A stretch of 64,000 nucleotides of DNA from Lama glama (Eukaryota): NCBI GenBank assembly GCA_028534125.1, contig CM052816.1:33792001-33856000 (forward strand). The letters are read 5' to 3'. A program made the translations under genes and the position numbers. Of this stretch, positions 52,624 through 64,000 are shown piece after piece (within the stretch, counting starts at the first letter, position 1; the number at the start of each line of letters is the position of its first letter). The notes under the pieces are model-generated. The model was not told where the DNA came from and ran no database searches. It worked only from the letters and a program-made list of their open reading frames with translations.

Positions 52624-55400
52624 CTTATACTTTATGGTCTCTCAATTTTCAATCCTAGTTAGAAAACCTTTTCTACACCGAGGTTATAGAGGAATTCATC
52701 TGTGTTTTCTTTTCGTATTTATCCTGTTTGTTTGTACCTTTTATTTTTTTCACTTAAATTCTGAATCATTTAGAATTTACTGTTGTGTATGATCTGAGGT
52801 TATGTACTTAATTTTGTCTTTTTCCAAGCAGAAAACCTCTTTCCTAGCACATTTTATTTAAAGATAAAGTGATTCGAGATGCCACCTTTATCAAACTAAA
52901 TTATCTGAGGTTATGTACTTAATTTTGTCTTTTTCCAAGCAGAAAACCTCTTTCCTAGCACATTTTATTTAAAGATAAAGTGATTCGAGATGCCACCTTT
53001 ATCAAACTAAATTTTCAAATGCGCTTGGGTCTATTTTTGGACTTGATATTCTGTTCTGGGTTTTTTTCGTTTGTCTGTTCATTCTTTGGTCCTACACTGC
53101 TTTAGTTACAGAGACTTTTTATAATATACTTTAGTGTGTAGTAAGACTAGGTGTCCCTTATAGTTTTTCTGCTTCAGTTTGTCCTGGCTTGCATATTTGC
53201 TTTTCCATATGAGCCGTAGTAATGAGTTGTTTAGCTCCGTAAAATCTTATAGGCATTTTTATTAGGATTACATCAACGTTATAAATCACTAAGGAAGAAC
53301 TGATATCTTTGTGATGTTGAGTCATCCTTTCCAAAAATAGGAAATGTCATTCCATTTTTTTAAAAAAATGTACTTTTGTGTCTTTTAGAAATAGTTTAAA
53401 ATTTTTCTTTAATTTATATGGCTTATGCATATTTTTTGTTAATTTTGGCTTTAAGTATTTAATCTTTGTTGCTGTTGAAAGAGGGACTTTTTCTCTCTAC
53501 CATTAACTCCTGTAGCTGGTTATTATTTGTATATGTAAAGGTTATTAATTTCTATTTATCAATTTTGTATCTAACTGAATACCCTACTGATACCTTACTG
53601 GATTCTTTGAATAAGTTTTATTGTTATGCTACAGTTTTCTAGGAATACATAAATATTTTCTGCACATGGAGGTCATTTTAGATTTAACTGATTTTTATGT
53701 GCCTAATTGATTCTTTTGTCTAACTGTATTGGCTAATAACACCAGTGCAAGGTAGAATAAAGATTATGGACATTTTTGCTTTGGTCTTAATCTGAATGGA
53801 AATGTGTTTAGGGTTTATTCATTAAGTTTAACTTAGGTTTATAATTTACTCATGGTTAGAGAATACCCATCAATTCCCTGTTTTTCTGATTTTTTCAGTC
53901 AGAAATGAGTATTGATTTTTGTCAAACAGTTTTTCAAGAGCTATGGAGATTACTGAACATTTTATTCCTTAGATCTATTAATATGGTGTATTATGTTAAT
54001 GATTTTCTAATAGTGAAACTATCTTGTATTCATGCAATAAATCCCACCCAATCTTGGTGGTGTTATTTCTTTAATGTGGTATTGTATCCTCTTAGCTAAT
54101 ATTTTATTTAGCATTTTGCATCAATATTCATAATTGATATTGATTTGTCATTTTTTTATGCTGTATATTGTGTTCAGTTATATTTGCAATACAAAAATAA
54201 TTAGGTAGTTTTCCTTCATTTTTAGTGCTCTGCAACAATTTATGAATCATTGAGATTAATCCTGATCTGAGCTTTTCTTAGGATTCTCCTGTGAAACCCA
54301 TCTGGCCTTTGCTTCTGTGGGATAGTTCCTTGATAACTTTTCAATTTCTACTAAAATTAGTCTATTTAAGCTTTCATTTTCAAATAGTATTGCTTTTGTT
54401 AATCTGTATTTCTCTAATAAGTTATTCAATTTATGTAACTTTTCAAATGTATTTGCACAGAGCTCTGCAGAGTGGCCTCATACTTTCTAAAGTTTCCTCT
54501 GTTTCACTGTTTGTCTCTGGTAGTTTCTTATTTTGTATATTTGTGCTTCTTCTTTTGCTTCTTGATCAAATTATCTCATAGTCTATTTTGTTAATCTTTT
54601 CAACGTTATGTCACCCCTTTTTTTCCTCTACTTCATTAATTCTGCTTTTTTCATTATTATTTCTCTTTTATGCTTTCTTTTTGTTTACTTTTTCTAACTT
54701 TGGAATTTAATTAATTTACTTTAATTCTTTGATTTTATTTATAAAAGTGTTTAAGTTCTATGGATTTTCCTCTGATCACTGTTTTAAACATATCTAGTAG
54801 ATTCTATGGATTCTACTAAACAGAATAGATTATGCTGAATATGTAGTATTTGTTATCATTATTTAAGTTTTTATGCTCTTTCACCTGAGAGCTGTTTAGG
54901 AGAAAGTAGTATTAATTTTCAGGTGAGAGGGACTTAAAAAATTTTTTTTTGTAAATAATTTCTAGTTTTGTTGCATCGTGGTTGGAAAGTACTGCTTAAT
55001 AATATTTCTAATTTGTCAAATTTAATGAAGTTGGCCTTGTAACCTTGTATATGATCAGTTTTGGTGAGCCTTTGATTAATATATTTTGTTCCAATGGTGC
55101 ACTGAGAAGACGATCCGCTCTGTGGTGTCAGGAGGTAACATTAGGTGTGTACCCATAAAAGCTACCTGATCATTTATGTTGTTTTGATCTTTAATATCAA
55201 TACTTACTTTTGTCTGTTTTATCTGTCTTATGCCAAGAATGGCATATTAAAATTTCCTGTCCTAGGTTATATCTATTTCTTGGCATCTTGAGTACTTTTG
55301 ATTTTATAAAGGTGTTTGCTATTTGTTACATAGATACTCATAAATTTCATCCCTTTTTGTGAATTTTGACTCACCAACTAAATGTGCTCTTCTATACACA
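52624..55400 (-). mobile_element. Old L1M ORF2/ORF1-region fragment
   Basis: T-rich degenerate L1 with 'gcattttgcatcaatattcataa', 'tctcctgtgaaacccatctggcc'. Confidence 0.8.
52792..53013. repeat. Perfect 111 bp tandem duplication
   Basis: atctgaggttatgtac...atcaaactaaatt at 52792-52902 and 52903-53013, no mismatch seen. Confidence 0.96.
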
Positions 55401-55413
55401 CGTTTATTCTGGT

Positions 55414-55441
55414 ATCAATCAATCAATCAATCAATCAATCA
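55414..55441. repeat. (ATCA)n microsatellite
   Basis: atcaatcaatcaatcaatcaatcaatca. Confidence 0.9.
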
Positions 55442-56138
55442 GTGGGAAAGTTTTTCTCACAATTTTCCAATTAACAAATTTAAAAGGAAACATAGACATA
55501 GAGAATTACCACTAGGTGCACGTAATAGTAGTAGCTTTTGCAGGCAAGATACACCAGCAAATACTAAAATTGGTGAGTAAAAATTTGAGGATAAATAGAA
55601 TTTTCACAGTTTCAAAGTATCTCTTTCAAGATGCTTATATTAGCTACAAGGGAAAAGATGGTAACTTTACAGGAGAGAAACTCAGCAGATACCATCTTAA
55701 TCAAGCGATGAAGCTTAACATCACCGGTAACAATACACAGTCATATTACAAATCTCTTGATAAGAAGCAAGATACTCTACCATTTTTGTGGAATTCTTGC
55801 CAAAAATTATAAACTTATTTCAAGCCTGAAAAAATCTAAGACAAATCCAAATGAGAAACAAACTACAAAATAACTGATCAGTACCCTTCAAAAGTATTAA
55901 GGTCATGGAAAAATTAAAAATAAAACTGTAGAAGTTTTATAATTAAATGCAGTGTGAGATTGTGGATAGTATCCTGGAACAAGAAAAGGATATTAGTGGG
56001 AAAAAATGGTGGAATTAAAATAAAGTCTACTTTAGTTAATAATATATTTCCAGTATTCATTTTATGTTTCTGTTCATTTTGCTATGGTTATATAAGAAGT
56101 TAACATTGGAGGAAGCATGTTGAGGGAGTAAAGGAAAC
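55442..56138 (+). mobile_element. L1MC-type 3' end
   Basis: 'caagggaaaagatggtaactttacaggagagaaac...ttaaatgcagtgtgagatt...gaagttaacattggaggaagc'. Confidence 0.8.
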
Positions 56139-56139
56139 T

Positions 56140-57280
56140 TTTTTTTTTAATTGAGACTTTTTTTTAAATGACATTTTAGATTTACAGAAAAATTGAGCAA
56201 GTAGTACAGAGAGTTTCCCTATACAGCACAACCTCCCTGCCGGTTTCCACTATTAACATCTTGCATTGGTGTGGAACATTTGCTACAGTTAATATACCAA
56301 TATTTATGCATCACTAATTACTAAAGTCCTTACTTCACATTAAAATTCTGCTTTTCTGTTATATAGTCTGTAGGTTTAGACAAATACAAATATCATGTCC
56401 ATCATTACAGTATCTGCCCTAAAAGTCCTCTGTGCTTCATCTATTCATTCCTCACCACAACCCCCCGACCCCTGGCAACCTCTGATCTTTTAAGTGTCTC
56501 TATAGGTTTGCTTTTTTTAGGAAGTCACATAGTTGCAATAATACAGTATGTAGCCTCTTCAGACCGGCTTCTTTCACTTAGCAAAAAACATTTAAGCTTC
56601 CTCTATGTCTTTTTGTGGTCTAATAGCTCATTTCTTTTTATCACTGAATCATATTCCATTATATGGATATACCACAGTTTGTTTATCTATTCACTTAGTA
56701 AAGGGCATGTCCATTGCTTCCAATTTTGGGCAATTTTGAATAAAGCGAGTAAAAACATTTGTGTGCAGGCTTTTGTGTGGCAATACAATTCAACTCAATT
56801 GAGTAAATACCTAGGAGCATGATTGCTTGATTGTATTGTAAGACCATAGTTTTAGTCTGTTTAGTATTGCAAAAAAAACCATCAAACTGTCTTCCAAAGT
56901 GGCTATAACATTTTGCATTCCCACCAGCAATGAATGAGAGTTCTTTTGCGCCACATTCTCATCAGCATTTGATGTTACGTTTTGGATTTTAACCATTCAA
57001 ATAGGTATGTAGCGGTACCACGTTGTTGTTTGAATTTGCAATATCTAATGCCATATGATGTTCAGCATCTTTTCACATGCTTATTTGCCATCTGTATATC
57101 TTTTTTAGTGAGATGTCTGGGTGTCTGTTCAGATCTTTTGCCCATTTTTTAACTGGGTTGTTTATTTTCATATTATTGACTTTTTAAAGAGTTCTTTGTA
57201 TATTTTGAATACAAGTTCTTAATCAGATACATGTTTAGCAAATATTTTCTCCCAGTCTGTGGCTTGTCTTTTGACTTACC
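56140..57280 (-). mobile_element. L1MA/MB 3' portion
   Basis: 'tttagatttacagaaaaattgagcaagtagtacagagagtt...ttttgcattcccaccagcaatgaatgagag...aatattttctcccagtctgtggcttg'. Confidence 0.88.
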
Positions 57281-57607
57281 TTTTTTCTTTGACTTTTAGT
57301 TTTTTTAATTGAAGTATAGTTGATTTACAATGTTTGGGGTATATAGTACCTTATCTTTTAAAGATAAATGTTTCAATAAAAAACAAAGATCAGCAGAATT
57401 ATCAGATTTTGCCCTCTTTGGCTATACTGTGTATACACGTATGTCACTGTAAAATTCCAATTTTATTTTAAGTGAGGGTAGATATTTTACAGAGCCATCA
57501 TGAATAGAGCCTTTTTGTTGTCCTTGGAAAGAACGTAATTTAGCTGTAGGATCTCATTCAAGAAAATGCTACATCCAGAGTTATGTAACAGTTTTTCCAC
57601 TTGCCAT

Positions 57608-58395
57608 CTGTGATGTCGTGATTTATATATAATAAGTCTGTATTTGGTCTTTGTCCCTGTTTCTGGCACAGAGCTCCTAAAAATCCTTGGTATTTCCTAG
57701 GGGATAAGAACCTTTAACGTGTCTTTTGTTATGTTAATGAGGTGACTTAAGGTTGGGGTCTGGTTGCCAGGAGACCCAACCAACTGATTGAAAGATTGGA
57801 ATTTACAGTCCCATTCCCTCCACCTTTGAGGAGGGGAGAGGGGCTGGGAGTGAATCAGTTACCATCGGGCAATGATTTAATCAGTCACTACTATGAAATA
57901 AAGCCTCCATAAAATTTCAAAAGGATGGGTTCAAGAACTTCTGGGTTGGTGAACATGGAGGTGCTAGGAGAGTGGTGCACCCAGAGAGAGCGTGGAAGCT
58001 CCATGTCCTTCCCACATACCTTGTCCTGTGCATCTTTTTCATCTGGCTGTTCCTGAGTTATATCCTTTTACATTAAACCTGTGATCTATTAAGTAAAATG
58101 TTTCTCTGAGTTCTGTGAGCTGCTCTTGCAAATTAATCGAACCCAAGGAGGTCTTGGGAATCTGTAGCTAGTGGGGCAATACAGGTAATAACCTGGGTTT
58201 TCAACTGGCATCTGAAGGCTGTGTGTGTTGGGGTGGGGTGGGGTGGGAACAGTGTTGTAGGATTAAACTCTTAACCTGTGGAATCAGACGCAGTTACCAG
58301 GTGTATAGCATCAGAATTGAGTTGAATTCTTGGATGCTCTGCTGGTGTCCAAGAATTGTTTGGCGTAGGAACCCATGTTGGAATTGCGCTCATGA
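57608..58395 (+). mobile_element. MER21-like solo LTR
   Basis: 'tttctggcacagagctcctaaaa...ggttgccaggagacccaacc...tttctctgagttctgtgagc...tcagaattgagttgaatt'. Confidence 0.82.
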
Positions 58396-61300
58396 ACCTA
58401 AAAGGCCTTCCCTATGGTTTATAAATGGTTGGGAATGATGTCAGTGTTGTGGATTTTTTGGTAGAAATTATAGCAAACTTTGTAACTGAGAATGGACCTC
58501 TTTTTTTATTCAAAGCTTGAACATGCCAAGTTTATGTTTTCCAGGCCATAGAAATTCTTTTCTGCCTGGCTCAGAACTTCTTCACCTAGCCCAAAGAAGT
58601 CATTTGTTCACCAGCTAAGGGATATCATAGGGCTTTTTAAAGAAATAAAATGTGCTTGGGCCCTATGTTTCCATTGTTGGATGCAGGAATCTTGTGACTA
58701 GATCAGTAATTAAAGAAGTCGCTATTTCAAACACATATTTTCCTTGGGCACTGGTTGGAGGGAGGCATGTAAAGTTTTCCTCTATCAACGGGTTAGATCA
58801 GAGTAAGATTTTACAGCAGCCAGAAATAGGCTTTGTTTAGCACACGTTATATTTTTGTTTAAAAATAATTTCAACCAGGTTCCAGTAGAATCTAATTTGG
58901 GGTTAGAGAGAAACTCCTAGTCTTAACAGTCTAGGTTTGCTCTGAGGCTGTGAACCATTCCTCAAAACAGATCTCAGGACAGGCCCTAGCCTCAGGGCTT
59001 GATTTCAGGCTAGCATTATAGGAGTTCTGAACTTATTTTTCTAGATATGACACTGATTGTCAAAAGGGCCTGTTCTACATTGTAAAATTGTAATATTAAC
59101 AAGCTACCTGCTTGTAGTAAATACAATTTGTATTTTTGAATACTTCTGTGTACCAAGAATTGTACTAGATTCTCAAGCTAGATTCTGGAGCGGGTAAATT
59201 TATCCCTAATCTTGAGAAGGCTGCTTGGGAGGTAATAAGAGTCATAGATCTCGTAAGTATGTGACTTTCACTAAGTTATGAACATTTTTAAGCTTCAGTT
59301 TTCTCTAAAATGAGATAGTAACATATAATGGTGCATTAATATTATGAACAGTTATATTGATATTGTTATTATGATATTATATTATGTTATGTTATTATAA
59401 AATAATAATTATATAATAATATATAAACTAAAATAAGGAGGATAACCCTCATGGGGTCTCAGTAAGGATTAAATGAAATAATGTTTGTTAAATTTAAAAA
59501 TAATATTTGTACAGCCTTTAATACAGTGTTTGGCAGATATCCAGTGCTCAATAAAATTTAGCCATTTTTATGATGGAGATTATAGTCTTGTTGAAACAAT
59601 AATAAACATAATTATTAAGTAAGAAACCCATGATACCTGCCAGAGTTATAATAAAGGCAATTATTTCTGAGACTTCAGAGAAGGAAAGATAGACGTGGAT
59701 GGGAGTAGCTTGAGGAAGCTTGGCTGGAAGTTCCTCGTGCGTGCGATGGTGTCTTATTCCTAACTCCTGCTGTGTCAGGGCACTTAGCATATAAAATATG
59801 CTCAATGAACTTTGGCCCTTTGAGTAATTTAGGACTTGAGTGACAGGATACTATCTCAGTGGAGCAAAAGTTGAACAAGGATGCAAAGACAGGAACAAGA
59901 GTGGTAAGAGTGCTGAGGTAACACAGGATGGCAGTGAGGGGTCCGAAGCCCAAGGAGAGAGCAAGGCTTTGGGAAGTTGTGAGCACTGGAAGGGGAGCAG
60001 CAGCTTACTGTTATGGGCATTAGGTGGTTGATGAAAGCACCTGAGCAGGGAAGTGATGTTACTAAAATGATACTTGAGTAATTTCTCCTAGTCTGCTGAA
60101 TTGTTAAAAGGTGAGGCTCTAGAGAAAACCCATTACTCATATGTGAGGCAGTGAGAAAAACCCCAGTGGTAGAAAGGAGATTGGAAAGGGGAAAACTTCA
60201 ATCCTGACGGTTATCTACAGACACTGTGTCATTTAGCCTTCAGTGAGGTAGGCCTTAGTCTCATTTCACAGAAGGCGAGGAAACCAAAGCTCAGAGAGTA
60301 TATTAATATGCCATGGAACCAGAGTTCAAAGCCAGGTTTTCCAGGCTCTAAGGCATGTTCATTGTTTTAGTTTTAATAATTGATTGACTATGAAATATCT
60401 GGGGTGAAATTGAAGATAATTACAAATTGATTGCATATGATTGGGAAAATGTTAACATTACTGAAAACAAAGCCAGCTTGCAAAAGATAATAAATTTAGC
60501 TTTCTGTGTATTGAATTTGAGGCAACAGTGGGGAACACAAGTGCCAATAGGTATGAAATAATTAGAGATGTGGGTCTGGAGCTCAGAGGACAAGTGTGGG
60601 CTGAAGAGACGCACTGGCAAGTTGTTGTAGAGGATCTGCACCCAGTATGAAAAAGCAATAACTTAGAACGTAGTCAGGAAAATTCTAAGGGCAGGATTAG
60701 AAACTGGCGTCAGTAAAAAAGACAAAAGATGGAGCAAAAAAATAACAGATGAAATAAGGGATATACATGTAGGTTTCTTTTTTGAAAATAGGGTCTATCA
60801 AGTACCACTGAGCTCAGAGAGTTTCAGGTGTATGTTTGTGCAGATATGTAGATGGGAAGGAGGGAGTCAGAGGTGAATGAATGATAAGAGGCAGGGCGAT
60901 GTGGGAGAGAGACTGGCCTGGGTGGGAGTGGGAAGATGTGGATTGCGGCACCGACTCTGTTATTCTGTCACCTTAGTAAAATCACCAAACACCTCTAGGA
61001 TTCATGTAAATTTTGAAGTAAGGGGTTTAGTCAAGGTGATTTCCAAAGGTCACTCTTAGTGTTGAAATTCTAAACTAAAAGGGAATAAGTTTCAAAATAC
61101 ATAGACAAGATTAGGTACACAATTTTATATCTAGCGTCTACTGTGTCTATAATTTATGTCTGTGTCCATGTGTTGTGGGAGTGGGGAGAAAACATGATCT
61201 CTAGCATAAAATTAGAGAATTTAAGAGATGCTCACAGATAACCACAATGTAGAAAGTCTGCATGTTACAAGGAAGAATTAAAAGTCTTTGAAAACTCAAA

Positions 61301-61514
61301 GAAAGAGACGTTTGCATCCTGGAGACGGGAGGGAAATGGTGAAGACTGGAAAGACCTAGCAGAGAGCTCTCAGGAGCCTTCCATGGTGGAGCCATGGAAG
61401 CAATTAGTGAGAAGCAGTTCATTAGTGAGTGAGAACAGTGGTGACCTTCACTTCTTTTGTTGAAGGTTATTATTTAAAGCAAGGCAAACTTCAGGCTGGT
61501 GACCAGCCTGGAAT

Positions 61515-61730
61515 TGAGCAGGGCCTGAGTCAAATCTGAGGTATGCTCTGTACTAATTGTATGATCTTGAGCAAAGTTCTTAAACTCCTATCTTCAGTTC
61601 CTGCATTTGTAAAATGAGATTATTTTCAGTACTTACTTCATTCACAAGGTCGCTGTAGGAAATGTATGAGATAGTGCATTTAAGTTCTTAATGATGTGGG
61701 CATGATACTAAGTACTCAGTAAATGTTAGT
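61515..61730 (+). mobile_element. MIR SINE
   Basis: 'tgatcttgagcaaag...tcagttcctgcatttgtaaaatgaga...taagtactcagtaaatgttag'. Confidence 0.8.
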
Positions 61731-62466
61731 CATGGTTCCCCTAAAGAGCAGGTAATATTAGACCATCTGTTCCTGACTCTGGAAGGTACCATTGTAGGGG
61801 AGCACTGAACTGGATTACCAGACCTTGGTTTGATTTTTGGCTTTATGTTTAGTTTGTTGTTCCTCGGCAGGTCGGCTGTGTATTGGGATACCCTCTAATC
61901 CTTAGCCAGGCTCTTTACAACCCTGCCTTGCCCTTCACTTCCTGCTTACACTGGGTTTACAGATCATCCGCTAGTGAAAGTTTAGGGTCTTTTCAGTTCT
62001 CTTTTGAGCACGCGCCTTGTCCTGGGCATGAGTGGCTTTCTAATTTCCCCAGTATATATGACCACTTTTGAATGCCCTAACTTTCCAAAGAAACCATCTC
62101 CCTGGCTTTTCTTACCTGCCTTTAGGCAGTTTCTTGCAAGTCCCAACTGTAATTCTTAGCCCTCAGTGGCTGTGGGTTTTTCTGATCATCTTACAATGTC
62201 CACCATTACCTGTATCTATTTCCTCCCTAAACAGCACTACTCAAAAGATACCTGAGGACTCTTGTGAGGATCAAATATGGGACTTGTAAGACTTTTACCA
62301 GAGACAATATACAGGAAAACTTATATAAGGAAATATGTTACTTGTTTTGTGAGTCACATCACAGTTACCTCAGAAGGATTTTTAAAATGATGGGCAAAAA
62401 AGTTTAACATATACATTTTTCTTGAGCTTCATTTCTACCTACAAAAATGTAACTTTTCTTTTCCAT

Positions 62467-62920
62467 TGTAGGTGTAGAAAAATGTTCTCTTCCTTTCTAG
62501 GCTCTTTGGCTGATCTAATTACTTAATTGACATGAGACAGAGTAACAGGAGAAAAATTTAGTTTTGTATGTATGGGAGCCCCATAAAATGAGACTTGAAG
62601 TAGTGACCAGAGCTGGAAGCTTTTATATCTTTTATACAAAGAGACAGTAAATTTATGAAGAATTGACAGGCAGAGGGGTTTGTGGTTGGGGTAGTGGTGA
62701 AGAAGTGACAAGGTTTATTTATGGACTCATCAGCCCTAAACTCCCTCTTCTGGTACAGGGATGGAACCCGTCACAGGGGAGATTTATTGCCTGCTTTTAG
62801 AGGAACAAAAGAGGATCAGAGTGTCTTTCTGTACCAGCTGTTTCTCAAGCACCTTTAATTCAAAATAGTCAATATGCCAACATGGCATATTTGGGGGGTG
62901 GTATATTCTGAACCCCTACA
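62467..62920 (-). mobile_element. ERV1-class solo LTR (MER34-like)
   Basis: Minus strand starts TGTAGGGGTTCAGAATATACCACC and ends ...CTACA. Flanks ccat/ccac. Confidence 0.8.
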
Positions 62921-64000
62921 CCACCAGCCTGAGTAGTTTTCTAGCTTAAGAAAAAAATACTGATTTTACTTCAACAATTTATTGAAACTTTTTGTATTAC
63001 ACATTTACTGAAAACATTTAAAATACCAGTGAGACAAAAACAACTTAAAAAAAAAACACACATACAGACAAAACACCTCTTCTAGCTGAGGTAATTGTTT
63101 AAGATTCATTGTCAGATCACAAGTTTTTGTTACTCTATTATACAACTTGGTAGCATATCAGTGATACTTAATGACTCAAGAGAAAGATATTGTATATCCA
63201 GTTTACATAAGAGGGGGAAAGGGAGAGGGAGAAGAGACAAATATATTGAAATTGAAAGAGAAGAGAAAGCAGAAATGCCAAAGTTAAGTATCACTTAAAT
63301 TCTAGTGCAATGTGAATTGTTACCAAGGGGGTTTTATTTGCTTATATATTATTGAAAATAATTAATTCACATCTGGCTATCTTTTCAAGAACTGGCAGAG
63401 TAGTCTTTTGTGTTCCAGAAGATCGAGTAAGCAAACTGGGGGCAAACATCCTCCACAATCTCAGTTGAAAAACCAAGTATCAAAGCAGTGTGTTGTATTT
63501 TGTGAGCAGATACATGAATGTACAGAAATACTGAAGCATTTTTGTCCAGTCAGTAAAGTGAATGCTTCGTGCAGCTGTAACAAAGCCAGTGCTGCAAGGA
63601 AAGCTGTGAGTGGTCAGGCACATGTGCAAAAGTGAGCAAGACCTCTCACCTCTCCAGTTTTCTTTCTGAGAACACCAGCTAAGTTATCAAACCCCACAAT
63701 CCATAGTCACTTTGAAATTAATTTTTTCTCACTATTTCATCTTTACAACATCTAGTGCTGGAGTTTGGAGGCTTTAATTGTTTAAACCTAGAGATTATTT
63801 TTCAAGAAACCACAAAATAGAGAAGAGTGTCTCGAGGGAGATTTATAAACATGATTTAGTATATCAATTCATAAATTCACTTAACATAGTAAATTAATAT
63901 TTACCAGGTGTTTTAGTTTTTAATTCCTTTGCTTTCAGACTATCTGACTCAAGAAGCCCTATAATGTAAGGCAAGCACATTATACTTCAGCTCTATGGCC

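Noticed and set aside
63400..63660. Coding exon (ORF 63408-63635)
   Set aside because: No recognisable protein and no convincing splice-site pair.

Overview
AT-rich, repeat-dense mammalian genomic DNA, not prokaryotic. The tRNA-derived SINE at ~14.7 kb and the young L1 3' end at ~21.8 kb look camelid (alpaca or camel), which is recognition from memory rather than a database hit. The draft assembly has two N gaps. I cannot identify any protein-coding gene, CRISPR array or structural RNA gene; the window reads as intergenic or intronic. Most ORF-track entries are chance ORFs or transposon debris. Recognisable content: a near full-length Tigger2 transposon with both TIRs, many L1, L2, MIR and MaLR/ERVL fragments, several solo LTRs with visible target-site duplications (TSDs), and microsatellites. 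The most unusual structures are: (1) a ~430 bp, ~94% identical inverted duplication (49511-49940 / 52186-52623) enclosing a 2.25 kb segment with an enhancer/promoter-like unique core; (2) a SINE-L1 tail chimera under one TSD; (3) a TSD-bounded L1 with its 5'UTR fused directly to mid-ORF2; (4) a young ERV1 LTR split by a gap with duplicated edges, possibly a collapsed provirus, with an inverted relative ~10 kb away; (5) a chain of weak plus-strand exon candidates. Repeat subfamily names are by eye, and boundaries without a TSD are approximate.
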